Virus record (IMG/VR): IMGVR_UViG_3300018018_000001
Location: 64,001 to 128,000 of that record
DNA: 64,000 nucleotides
From: a virus
Reading direction: 5' to 3' (one strand)
The notes under the pieces were generated by a model. That model ran no database searches, was not told the origin of the DNA, and saw nothing but the letters and a program-made list of their open reading frames with translations. Positions 1 to 8,615 of the stretch are shown here, in pieces. The position numbers and the translations under genes are program-made. Every line of letters begins with the position of its first letter. Position 1 is the first letter of the stretch.

Positions 1-17
1 CTTCATTTAATGCCATA

Positions 18-1460
18 GTGCAAGAGATGAAAAAGCTGAGGGACCCAGGAAAGTATCCTGCTTATGACACTAAAACTTTTGCTACTCAAGCCAGTCCTGG
101 AATTAAAACTGTCATGTATAAAGGGTCAATTCAAGGGGAAAAGAATGAATACCCAGTCTATATTCAGTTTAGAAGAGTAGAATTCAGTGAGGAAGAAAAG
201 CCTAGATTTGTTCCCTTTGAGGAAGTAGACAGAACAGGTGGTAAGGGGTTAAAATTCTATGAAGTACCAGATTTGGGAAAAAATGATTGTGCCTTAAAGT
301 GCATGTGTTTTCCTGGGGATACCTTAATACCTTTACTGGAAGGCTATTCTATTCCAATTAAAGATTTGGTTGGTAAAGATCATTTTTATGTCTACTCATT
401 TGATACTGATAAGAGAAAAATAGTCATTGGAAAGGGATATAATTGTGAAATTAAAGAAAAAAATGTCTCTTTAATTGAAGTAACTTTAGATAATGGAAAT
501 AAACTTAGATGTACCCCTGATCATGAATTCTATTTAAAAAGTAGCCTGAAAAAAGAGGCAAAAGACTTGTTACCTGGTGATTCTTTACAAGCACTATACC
601 GTAGACTATGCCCTGAAGGAAGAATGCAGGGATATGAACAAGTTTTACAGGAAAAAGTTTGGGGATTAACTCATCGTTTGGCGGATTCTTATAATTTAGA
701 AAATAATATATATTCAAAAAGTTTAGGAAGTATTCGACACCATAATAACTTTAATAATAGAAATAATAATCCAGAAAATATTAAAAGAAAAACCTTCCAT
801 GAGCATAGAAAAATTCATTTGGAAAGATCTAAAACTTGGCCTACTGGTTTAAAGATAATGAATGAAAGAGTTAGAGAATTATCCGCTAAGGGAGAACATT
901 GGCTTCAATCTGAAGAAGGAAAATTAAGACATGGTGCAAGGCAAAGAGATTTAGCTAAAATTGGTAAACATCCTTTTCAACAAGAAAAAGTTATTGATTG
1001 GTTAAAATCTGATGAGCATAAAAATATAATGAGTTCTATACAATCTAAAAAAGTAGAAGAAGGTAAGCATCATTTTCAATCTGATTGGATGAGAGAAATT
1101 GTTAGAGAAAGTAATAGAAGAAGATCTTTGGAGGCAAGAAATCATAAAGTAATCTCAGTAAGAAGATTAGAAGAAAAAGAGGATGTTTACTGTTTTTCTG
1201 TAGAAAAATATGGAAACTTTTTTATTGACGTAGATGGAGGAATTGATATAAGTAGCGGAATATTAGTAAAAAATTGTTCAGATTTCAGATTTTTTTGGGA
1301 ACATCCGCTTTTTGTTAAAAAGTCACTGATCGGACAATTTCGTAAATATGTAAGAAAAACAACTACTTATCCACCAAAAAACCCTCAGGGAATTCTGGGG
1401 ATGTGCAAGCATCTTTGGAGTTTTGTTAATGCCCTGAAAGAGGCTAAATTAGTGAAATAA
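18..1460 (+). CDS. SWIM-type zinc-finger protein interrupted by an intein (probably 5'-partial)
   Basis: Removing aa 97-419 joins KCM to CSDFRFFWE...GMCKHL, a CxC...CxH SWIM pattern; the frame is open to the window edge. Confidence 0.75.
   Translation: MQEMKKLRDPGKYPAYDTKTFATQASPGIKTVMYKGSIQGEKNEYPVYIQFRRVEFSEEEKPRFVPFEEVDRTGGKGLKFYEVPDLGKNDCALKCMCFPGDTLIPLLEGYSIPIKDLVGKDHFYVYSFDTDKRKIVIGKGYNCEIKEKNVSLIEVTLDNGNKLRCTPDHEFYLKSSLKKEAKDLLPGDSLQALYRRLCPEGRMQGYEQVLQEKVWGLTHRLADSYNLENNIYSKSLGSIRHHNNFNNRNNNPENIKRKTFHEHRKIHLERSKTWPTGLKIMNERVRELSAKGEHWLQSEEGKLRHGARQRDLAKIGKHPFQQEKVIDWLKSDEHKNIMSSIQSKKVEEGKHHFQSDWMREIVRESNRRRSLEARNHKVISVRRLEEKEDVYCFSVEKYGNFFIDVDGGIDISSGILVKNCSDFRFFWEHPLFVKKSLIGQFRKYVRKTTTYPPKNPQGILGMCKHLWSFVNALKEAKLVK
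306..1274 (+). mobile_element. Intein (323 aa) with HNH-type endonuclease
   Basis: Starts CFPGDT, block B TPDH, HNH-like HHNNFNNRNNNPENI, block F DVYCFSV, ends VKN before Cys+1. Confidence 0.9.
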
Positions 1461-1894
1461 TGGCAGATTCTACAATTTTACAGATAATTGAGGGTGTCCA
1501 CCAAGTTGGTTGGGAAGTTAAAATTCCCGTTTTGATAACCGCTTTGGGTATGAAAGTGTTCATTTATCGAAAACCAGCTTATGATTTAACCCAAGAGGTT
1601 TATGGCCCGGATTCTCAGGCCGATTCAGGGGTTAAAATAGGTGAGGTCAGTGCCCTTATATTAGGGGATGAATGGACCGTATTCGACTTTAGGAATGTAG
1701 GAACCTTTGAGAAGGGTTGGATGTACTGTTTAGCTACCGATCTCTCAACCTACAAGGTAATAGAAGGGGATATGGTCAAATTTGGGGATAGGACAGACCG
1801 AAAGGTAAGACGTTATAAGATTGAACATCCTGAAAGTATTGGCCATACCTTGGAAATATTGAAAAGATTCAAATTATCATCTTTAGGAGACTAA
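1460..1894 (+). CDS. Putative neck/head-closure protein
   Basis: 144 aa, beta-rich, upstream of terminator-like and sheath genes; assignment mainly positional. Confidence 0.4.
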   Translation: MADSTILQIIEGVHQVGWEVKIPVLITALGMKVFIYRKPAYDLTQEVYGPDSQADSGVKIGEVSALILGDEWTVFDFRNVGTFEKGWMYCLATDLSTYKVIEGDMVKFGDRTDRKVRRYKIEHPESIGHTLEILKRFKLSSLGD

Positions 1895-1896
1895 TT

Positions 1897-2238
1897 ATGA
1901 GCAAAGCAATTGATTTCATTAAGAAACTTCATGAAACTGGTGAGATGTCTGCTTCAGAACTTGAGCAGGGTGGTGAGTGGTATGAGTTTCGGCTTGAACT
2001 AGAAGGAATTTGTAAAGCTGCAGGATTAAAGTGTGAGGTTAAGCCATTTGACCAATATCAAGGCCCTTATGCCTATGTTGAAGGATCTGGAAAACTTTGG
2101 GGTTTAGGTGATTTTGATGAAGAGGGTGAATTCTATTTTGAAGGCCCTGGAGAGGGACCTGGAGAAGGGTATTCAGGGGATAAAGAGGATATGATTAATC
2201 ACTTAAAGAGTTTGAAAAAGGGTAAGAAGAGTAAATAA
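1897..2238 (+). CDS. Hypothetical acidic protein with GPGEGPGEG segment
   Basis: Tightly packed ORF in the operon. Confidence 0.6.
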   Translation: MSKAIDFIKKLHETGEMSASELEQGGEWYEFRLELEGICKAAGLKCEVKPFDQYQGPYAYVEGSGKLWGLGDFDEEGEFYFEGPGEGPGEGYSGDKEDMINHLKSLKKGKKSK

Positions 2239-2465
2239 TGGCAAGTTATTTAAGGAATAATGGGCATGCACCAGGATCTTGGAAACCACTGGTGGACTCA
2301 GGTAAAATGTCGGCTTCCTTTGCCTGTCCCAAGTGTGGAAAGGTAGAATTGCTTACCAATCATCAAATTGGTAAGGGGGGTGTTGTAACCCCTAGTGTTG
2401 TTTGTCAGACAGAGGGTTGTAATTTTCATGAGAATATTATTCTGGAAGGGTGGCTCTTTACATAA
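2238..2465 (+). CDS. Small zinc-ribbon protein
   Basis: CPKC...H...C...C; TAATG overlaps at both ends. Confidence 0.6.
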   Translation: MASYLRNNGHAPGSWKPLVDSGKMSASFACPKCGKVELLTNHQIGKGGVVTPSVVCQTEGCNFHENIILEGWLFT

Positions 2466-3097
2466 TGTTTACTATTTATAAGGCAGAAAATAAAATTAAT
2501 GAGAAATTATACATAGGTCAAACTTCAAATAGTTTGAATTATAGAAAATATAAGCATCATTCAAAAAAAGGTTGTGTTTCACTTATTTATTTAGCCATTA
2601 AGAAGTATGGTAAAGAAAATTTTGACTGGGATACAATAGCCATTTGTGATACAAAAGATAAAGCAAATTTTTTAGAAAAATTTTATATTAAATTTTTTAA
2701 TACAAAATCTCCAAATGGATATAATATTACTGAAGGTGGAGAAGGAACTCCTGGTCTTATTGCTTGGAATAAAGGCATTCCTAGTCCTTTAAAGGGAATA
2801 AAAAGACCTGATATTTCTGAAGTAATGAAAAAAAGAAAAGGTGAGAAACGTCCTTTTTGGTCTTCTGAAATGAAAGAAAAAATATCAGGGGAAAATAACT
2901 CTCATTTTGGTAAGCCTGGCTACTGGTTAGGAAAGAAGAATTTAGTTCAGATTGAAAAAATAACTGGTAAGAAAAATCCTGCTATTGGTTTTAGTAGAAA
3001 AGGAAAAACTTACGAAGAAATTTATGGGATAGAAAAAGGTCAAGAATTAAGAAAACTCAGAAGAGAGTCTAGGAATCAAAAATCATTAGGGAATTAA
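2465..3097 (+). CDS. GIY-YIG homing endonuclease with NUMOD3-like tail
   Basis: TIYKAENKINEKLYIGQT, NGYN.T.GGEG; likely start ATG 2465 overlapping the upstream TAA. Confidence 0.9.
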   Translation: MFTIYKAENKINEKLYIGQTSNSLNYRKYKHHSKKGCVSLIYLAIKKYGKENFDWDTIAICDTKDKANFLEKFYIKFFNTKSPNGYNITEGGEGTPGLIAWNKGIPSPLKGIKRPDISEVMKKRKGEKRPFWSSEMKEKISGENNSHFGKPGYWLGKKNLVQIEKITGKKNPAIGFSRKGKTYEEIYGIEKGQELRKLRRESRNQKSLGN

Positions 3098-3101
3098 AAA
3101 A

Positions 3102-3740
3102 ATGCAAGTTATTAGCACGATTGCCTTAGTCCAAAAAGGGTTGACAGATACAATCTTGGCTCTCTACCCTGATTGGAAAATAGTTTATGATGAAAACCTG
3201 GACTATCAATCTTCTGTAGAAAAGCTTAGGAAATATAATTTAATCAATGAAAATTATTCCAATGCTTTTCCTCTGTTTTCATTTAGACGTAGTGTTCTCC
3301 ACAAAGCCAAAAACCTTGAAAGAGCTGTTAATGTAGAAGTTACTGATTTGGGAGAAACTACCCGGAATTTTGCCAATATTTTTAAGTCAAGTTTTGCTAC
3401 ATTTGACATTGAATTTTTTATTTATCATCCTGATATTCGTTTCATAGAGACTATAGAAATTGAATATCTTTCATGGCAGAGTTTGAAGAGTATAAGGAGT
3501 TACCCAGTGGAAATACCTGGAATTACTCCTCCTCTTACATATTTCACAATTTTTGATGATTTGGACGGTATGAAAATCCATGTTAAGGATATGTTCTACA
3601 AAGGATTAACTGGAAAGATTCATGTATCAGGTTGGTTTCTGATTGTTCCTGATGATTCTACATATCCCAAAATTATGGAGATTAGAAAGACTATTTATAA
3701 TTATCAAAAAGAAATCTTAGAACAAGAAGATATTACCTGA
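3102..3740 (+). CDS. Putative tail terminator/completion protein
   Basis: 212 aa, two genes upstream of the sheath; positional inference. Confidence 0.4.
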   Translation: MQVISTIALVQKGLTDTILALYPDWKIVYDENLDYQSSVEKLRKYNLINENYSNAFPLFSFRRSVLHKAKNLERAVNVEVTDLGETTRNFANIFKSSFATFDIEFFIYHPDIRFIETIEIEYLSWQSLKSIRSYPVEIPGITPPLTYFTIFDDLDGMKIHVKDMFYKGLTGKIHVSGWFLIVPDDSTYPKIMEIRKTIYNYQKEILEQEDIT

Positions 3741-3742
3741 TT

Positions 3743-4282
3743 ATGTTTATTATTTATAAAGCAGAGAATAGAATTAATGGAAATTGTTATATAGGTCAAA
3801 CTAGCCGTTCTTTAATACAGAGAATTTATGGTCATAGAAATAGGGCGGGGGATAATACTTATTTTTCTAGGGCTATTAATAAATATGGTAAAGAAAACTT
3901 TGATTGGGATACAATAGCTATTTGTGATACAAAGGATAAATCAGATTTCTTAGAGAAATTTTATATCAAATTTTTTAATACTAAGAAACCTAATGGATAT
4001 AATTTAACGGATGGTGGAGAAGGAAGTACAGGATTTAATCATTCAGAAGATACAAAGAGAAAAATGTCTGGTGATAAAAATCATAATTTTGGAAAAATAG
4101 GTGATAAAAGTCCTTTATTTAGAAGAAAAAGATTTGATGTATCTGATAGAAATAAGAAAAGAGTAGGTAATAAAAATCCAAATTTTGGTAAAGATGCTTG
4201 GAATAAAGGATTAACTAAAGAAATAGATATCAGAGTTAAAAATAGTAGTGAAAAAATGAAGATTACTAGGTGGTATTCTTAA
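3743..4282 (+). CDS. GIY-YIG homing endonuclease (paralogue of 2465-3097)
   Basis: IIYKAENRINGNCYIGQT; shared block KYGKENFDWDTIAICDTKDK..FLEKFYIKFFNTK. Confidence 0.9.
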   Translation: MFIIYKAENRINGNCYIGQTSRSLIQRIYGHRNRAGDNTYFSRAINKYGKENFDWDTIAICDTKDKSDFLEKFYIKFFNTKKPNGYNLTDGGEGSTGFNHSEDTKRKMSGDKNHNFGKIGDKSPLFRRKRFDVSDRNKKRVGNKNPNFGKDAWNKGLTKEIDIRVKNSSEKMKITRWYS

Positions 4283-4301
4283 TCACCAAATTGGAGGAAA
4301 T

Positions 4302-4481
4302 ATGAGTGAAGATAAAACTATGGGAATTTTAAGATCACAGTTAGATCGTCCTGTTATGCTAAGGTATGATGGCCAGGGGATAAAGGTTCCTGCAAGGGGA
4401 AAAACCCTGCCTTTGGAAAAGGGAAAGATTGAGGGGGAGATACCCAAGGGTATTAAATTCTTAGAATTGAGGAGGGCATAA
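4302..4481 (+). CDS. 59-aa protein preceding the sheath (missing from the ORF track)
   Basis: GGAGG SD, ATG 4302, MSEDKTMGILRSQLDRPVMLRYDGQG...; TAA overlaps the sheath ATG. Confidence 0.7.
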   Translation: MSEDKTMGILRSQLDRPVMLRYDGQGIKVPARGKTLPLEKGKIEGEIPKGIKFLELRRA

Positions 4482-6322
4482 TGATTAGTAGTGGAATGCC
4501 AAGAGTAAACATTACGGAACTGTCCCAGGATCAAAGAGTACCCTCTTTCCCTGGAGTTTATGGGTATCTTCAATTACCCGGTGCCCCGATTGGACCTTTA
4601 GAGGAAACTTTGATTTCTTCTGATACTGAACTTTTGCAACTTTTTACCACTAATGGTAAAATTGGTGTTGGTTATGATGAATCCTATTGGGATGCTATAG
4701 CCTTCCTTAAGCAGTCTAATACACTGTGGGCAAAACGTGTAGTCAAAAATGCTTTATTTGGTGGGGTTGCCGTTAAAGAAAGGACTGCTTCTGGTTCAAG
4801 TTATCCTTTCCCAACTGGAGAGTCTGATCCTACCGCTTTCTCATTTGCCGCTCAGGATTCTTTTATCCTGTATCAGGCAAATCCGGGAACATGGGCTAAC
4901 AATCCAAATGGGGCTTTCCCAATTGCTGTGAGATTGTACGCCTATGATACGGAACCCAGTAAGGTAAAGTTACCCAATGCCTTTATGATTGAAGTTTACA
5001 ATGCCAATAACCTCAACATCCCTCTTGAGCCAGCTTGGTTAGTTTCCAAAACTGAAGGGGCAAAAGATGGATTTGGCCATAACATTTATCTTCCTGATGT
5101 TCTAAAAGGTTCTCAGTATATCAGGGCCTTTGATGATATATCTACTGAAGATTCTGTTTATCCCAAAACTACTGATGGTTCCATTTGGAGTGTGGCTATT
5201 GCGATTGCAGGATCTGGATATTCTATTAATGATATTCTCACTCTGACAGGTGGGGATAGTAATGGGACATTAAGGGTAACTCAGGTGGGGGCAGGTGGAT
5301 CTGTAACTAGAGTAACTATTCTCACACGTGGACTTGAATTTACGTCTGGAACATCCTATCCTACTTCTGTTGCTCCATCAGGTGGGGCAGGTTGTCAGAT
5401 TACCGTCACCGCAGTAGGTTTGTTCTTTGCTGCAGGAACAGATGGTGCCCAGGTTACGTCTGTAGAGATGATTGATGCTTTGACCAAAGTACAGAATCCT
5501 GATAATTTGACTGTTACCATTCTTATGGATGGTGGTTGGGCTCATGCTGAATATGCTTCCGCTCTTTGGACTATAGCCGCAGCCCGTCATGATTCTGTGG
5601 CCATTCTGTCTGTTGATCCTGCTGCTGAATTAGCTGCAGATTATATAACTCAGATTAAGGCTTATCGGGATGCAACCCTGGCTGCTAATACTTCCTATGC
5701 AGCTCTTTATACCCCTCACGTACTTATCTATGATAAGTATAATGATCGACCTTTGTATGTCCCTCCTGATGGATATGCAGCGGCTGCTCTTAGCGCAAAT
5801 GCCAGTAATACAGAATTCTGGTTTACCGCTGCTGGTGATAAAAGAGGGGTATTGAATGTTCAGGGTTTAGCTAGAATCTTTACAGATGCAGAAATTGGGG
5901 ATCTTTATGATGATCAAATTAACCCAATACGATTTACTCCAAGTAGGGGTATCCGAATTTGGGGCCAAAAAACCTTGTTACCCATTCCTGAAGATTTGCA
6001 ATCCTTGAATGTCCGTTGTCTCTTGATTGTCATTGAACCTGCTATCAAGTCTTATCTTGAGGGATTTTTGTTTGACCTTAACACCCCAGCTATGAGAAAT
6101 GATGTTCAGAATACTATTAATGCCTATATGAATGATATCAAATCCAGGACCGGGGTTACTGATTTCTATTGTGTTTGTAATGGAACCAACAATTCCAATA
6201 CAGATGAACAAAACCATGTCATGAATGTGGATTTGTACATTCAGCCCACGTTGGATGTAGAGTACATTAATTTCCAAATGATTATTACCAGGGCTGGAAT
6301 TACCTTCCAGACTGCTGGTTAA
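4481..6322 (+). CDS. Tail sheath protein (gp18-like)
   Basis: C-terminal NPIRF...IRIWGQKTL...LNVRCLLI...VDLYIQPT sheath signature; N-terminal PRVNITE. Confidence 0.95.
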   Translation: MISSGMPRVNITELSQDQRVPSFPGVYGYLQLPGAPIGPLEETLISSDTELLQLFTTNGKIGVGYDESYWDAIAFLKQSNTLWAKRVVKNALFGGVAVKERTASGSSYPFPTGESDPTAFSFAAQDSFILYQANPGTWANNPNGAFPIAVRLYAYDTEPSKVKLPNAFMIEVYNANNLNIPLEPAWLVSKTEGAKDGFGHNIYLPDVLKGSQYIRAFDDISTEDSVYPKTTDGSIWSVAIAIAGSGYSINDILTLTGGDSNGTLRVTQVGAGGSVTRVTILTRGLEFTSGTSYPTSVAPSGGAGCQITVTAVGLFFAAGTDGAQVTSVEMIDALTKVQNPDNLTVTILMDGGWAHAEYASALWTIAAARHDSVAILSVDPAAELAADYITQIKAYRDATLAANTSYAALYTPHVLIYDKYNDRPLYVPPDGYAAAALSANASNTEFWFTAAGDKRGVLNVQGLARIFTDAEIGDLYDDQINPIRFTPSRGIRIWGQKTLLPIPEDLQSLNVRCLLIVIEPAIKSYLEGFLFDLNTPAMRNDVQNTINAYMNDIKSRTGVTDFYCVCNGTNNSNTDEQNHVMNVDLYIQPTLDVEYINFQMIITRAGITFQTAG

Positions 6323-6335
6323 GGAGGAGTTAAAC

Positions 6336-6911
6336 ATGCGTATAGAATTGAATGATGTAATCAACCAAGCAGATTGGGCTGTAAAGTATAGGTGGGATTT
6401 GAGATTTTTTGCTGTCCCTGCTGCCTTGGGTATATCCTTTAACCCAACTTTACTCAATCTGAGATGTGAATCTACAGAGATTCCAAAGTCTACTGGTAAT
6501 ACGTTTTCTGTTACCATTCGTGGGTTAGAGGATAACGTAAACCCAGGATTGTGGAAAACTGCTGGAAAGATTAAGCTGGTTTTTGTAGAATCTGTAGACA
6601 ATGAGATCCTTAACTGGATTCAATCCTGGAGAGAGGCTATTTGGAATCCTGGTATTGGAAATGGGTTAACCAAGGCCGATCTGCTTGTAGGGGTGACTTT
6701 AACCCGATTAGGTAGAAATGAAGAACCAGTTAGGTATTACACTATGGCTAAAACATTACTGGCTGATTATGATCCAGGTGGGGATTTAGAAGAGGATGAT
6801 AAGGGGGGAGTAATTAAGCCGAATGTCACTTTAGTATATCCTAATTTTGTGGAAACAGGATATCCAAAAGAGGCTATTCCTCTTGCTCCTGAACCTTCTA
6901 CTGCGATTTAA
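6336..6911 (+). CDS. Tail tube protein (gp19-like)
   Basis: Directly follows the sheath; tube-fold pattern (RCESTEIP, LVFVES, WIQSW). Confidence 0.75.
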   Translation: MRIELNDVINQADWAVKYRWDLRFFAVPAALGISFNPTLLNLRCESTEIPKSTGNTFSVTIRGLEDNVNPGLWKTAGKIKLVFVESVDNEILNWIQSWREAIWNPGIGNGLTKADLLVGVTLTRLGRNEEPVRYYTMAKTLLADYDPGGDLEEDDKGGVIKPNVTLVYPNFVETGYPKEAIPLAPEPSTAI

Positions 6912-6922
6912 AGTAGGGGTTT

Positions 6923-7513
6923 ATGTACCTGAAGAACGTCAATGAGATGGTTTCTATTGAATGGAGTAGGGAGCACCTTTGGGATATAAAATTTCCAGAC
7001 CCTAATGGTGCTCCTGCACCTTTTAATAGGTGGTTTCCCGCTACTAATGTTTTTGTCCCAATGGCAATTTTAAAATCTAAGACTTTTGAAGGTCCTCTGT
7101 CTGAATATAGCATTCCCATAAAGACAGAGGAAAAGAGAATGTCAGTAACTTTTTTTGATGATACTACCCATAAGTTGCTTGATTGGATTACATACTGGAT
7201 GAATTCCACCTTTGGTAGCACTCTGGTAAGTTCCACTTCAGGTTATTTTATTACCAGTTATGTAAAGACTTTAGAAAAGATAACCAGAAGGATTGATATT
7301 TCGAGATTGGATAGTAATAAATCTGAAATTATTCTTAGTAATGGGGATGTTTATGTTGATTCTTACTTGGTTTATCCAGAAGATGTAATTGGGTTTAAAG
7401 GAGGGAATGAACCAAAACCTAATTCTTATGCAGTTAGATTCGTTATAGCAGGAATTATTAAACAGAATTTTATCATTAACATGCTTGGCCGGGGAGTGGC
7501 TATACAACAATAG
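6923..7513 (+). CDS. Second tube-like protein (tube initiator, gp54/gp48-like)
   Basis: Same pattern (WDIKF, VTFFDD, LLDWITYW). Confidence 0.6.
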   Translation: MYLKNVNEMVSIEWSREHLWDIKFPDPNGAPAPFNRWFPATNVFVPMAILKSKTFEGPLSEYSIPIKTEEKRMSVTFFDDTTHKLLDWITYWMNSTFGSTLVSSTSGYFITSYVKTLEKITRRIDISRLDSNKSEIILSNGDVYVDSYLVYPEDVIGFKGGNEPKPNSYAVRFVIAGIIKQNFIINMLGRGVAIQQ

Positions 7514-7555
7514 TGTTGCACAACAATTTTGTTTTACCTCTTGGAAGGAGGGTAT

Positions 7556-8554
7556 ATGGCAAGAGTACAAAGGATTATCAAAAAAGATACTGTAGAGGAT
7601 AAAGTCCCTGCAGCATTTTTACCAGTAGATAAAGAAGAGATTAAAGAGCCGGTTGCTTTTGTTCCTGAAGCCAGGATAAAACAATTGCCCTCTAAATTCC
7701 TACCCTATCCCAAAGACTGTTCTATCTTTTATAAGCCTTATGTTTTCGGAGAATTGACAGAATTCAATGAATCTAAAGTTAATGAATCAGATAAGATAAG
7801 GTTTATACTCCAAGGAATTAGAACATCCTTTCCTGTAATGAATCTAACCTTTCATGACTATATTGTTATTACTCTTTACAGAAGAATTTCTTCTCTTGGG
7901 AATAGTAACTTTAGCTTTTCTTATGTCTGCCAAAAATGCCGAAATAAAAATAGGCATACGGCAACTTTAGACAGTTTTGAATTTCATGACCTTGATGTTC
8001 CAGACTTACCTGTTCGTGCAAAGATTGGTGGGACAGAACTTCATTTTATGCCTCTTACTATAGGAAATTATATTGATTTATTGGAATCAGGGCTTGTGGA
8101 AAGTGATGAAAAAAGAATAGTTAAAATGTTTTCCAAACAGGTAGTGAATATAAAATTTGAAGAGGCAGAAAAGATTATTTTTAATGCTTGGAATGAGGAA
8201 GTTGATATTTTGAACCATATTGATGAGTCCCTTTATCATGGAATTGAACCTATGAAAGTGACTTGTAAGAAAGTAATCAAGTCTCCAGATGTGGTGCTCA
8301 ATGGGGTTATAGCCTTATGCCAAGAAAGAGCTAAGTTAGAAAATAAAGAAGAAAAGAAAACTATATGGGAGAGTGCCGCTTCAACTTTGGAAACATTAAA
8401 TCCCCCTACTGATGGGGAACCTTGTGGCCATATTAATACAATAGCTATTAACAGGCCGGAGGTCCTGGTTCGTCCCTTTCGTCTTGATCGACAATCTTTA
8501 CGAAGTAGGATTCAATTTGGCTTGGGGGGGAATAGTCAATCCGTATCAGCTTAA
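7556..8554 (+). CDS. Tail/baseplate-hub assembly chaperone (gp26-like)
   Basis: YKPYVFGE, CQKC zinc motif, lies just before the tape measure; GGAGG SD with ATG 7556. Confidence 0.7.
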   Translation: MARVQRIIKKDTVEDKVPAAFLPVDKEEIKEPVAFVPEARIKQLPSKFLPYPKDCSIFYKPYVFGELTEFNESKVNESDKIRFILQGIRTSFPVMNLTFHDYIVITLYRRISSLGNSNFSFSYVCQKCRNKNRHTATLDSFEFHDLDVPDLPVRAKIGGTELHFMPLTIGNYIDLLESGLVESDEKRIVKMFSKQVVNIKFEEAEKIIFNAWNEEVDILNHIDESLYHGIEPMKVTCKKVIKSPDVVLNGVIALCQERAKLENKEEKKTIWESAASTLETLNPPTDGEPCGHINTIAINRPEVLVRPFRLDRQSLRSRIQFGLGGNSQSVSA

Positions 8555-8615
8555 ATTTATGCAATATGGGGAAGCAAGAAGATATATGAAATTACTTGTG
8601 GATAAGGCAAAATAA
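8478..8615 (+). CDS. Start-less +1-frame extension of the chaperone (VLIDNLYEVGFNLAWGG...DKAK)
   Basis: Frame open 8445-8615; its TAA abuts the tape-measure ATG 8616; candidate slip sites CCC_TTT_CGT (8474-8482) and G7 (8524-8530). Confidence 0.6.
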   Translation, partial: FVLIDNLYEVGFNLAWGGIVNPYQLKFMQYGEARRYMKLLVDKAK

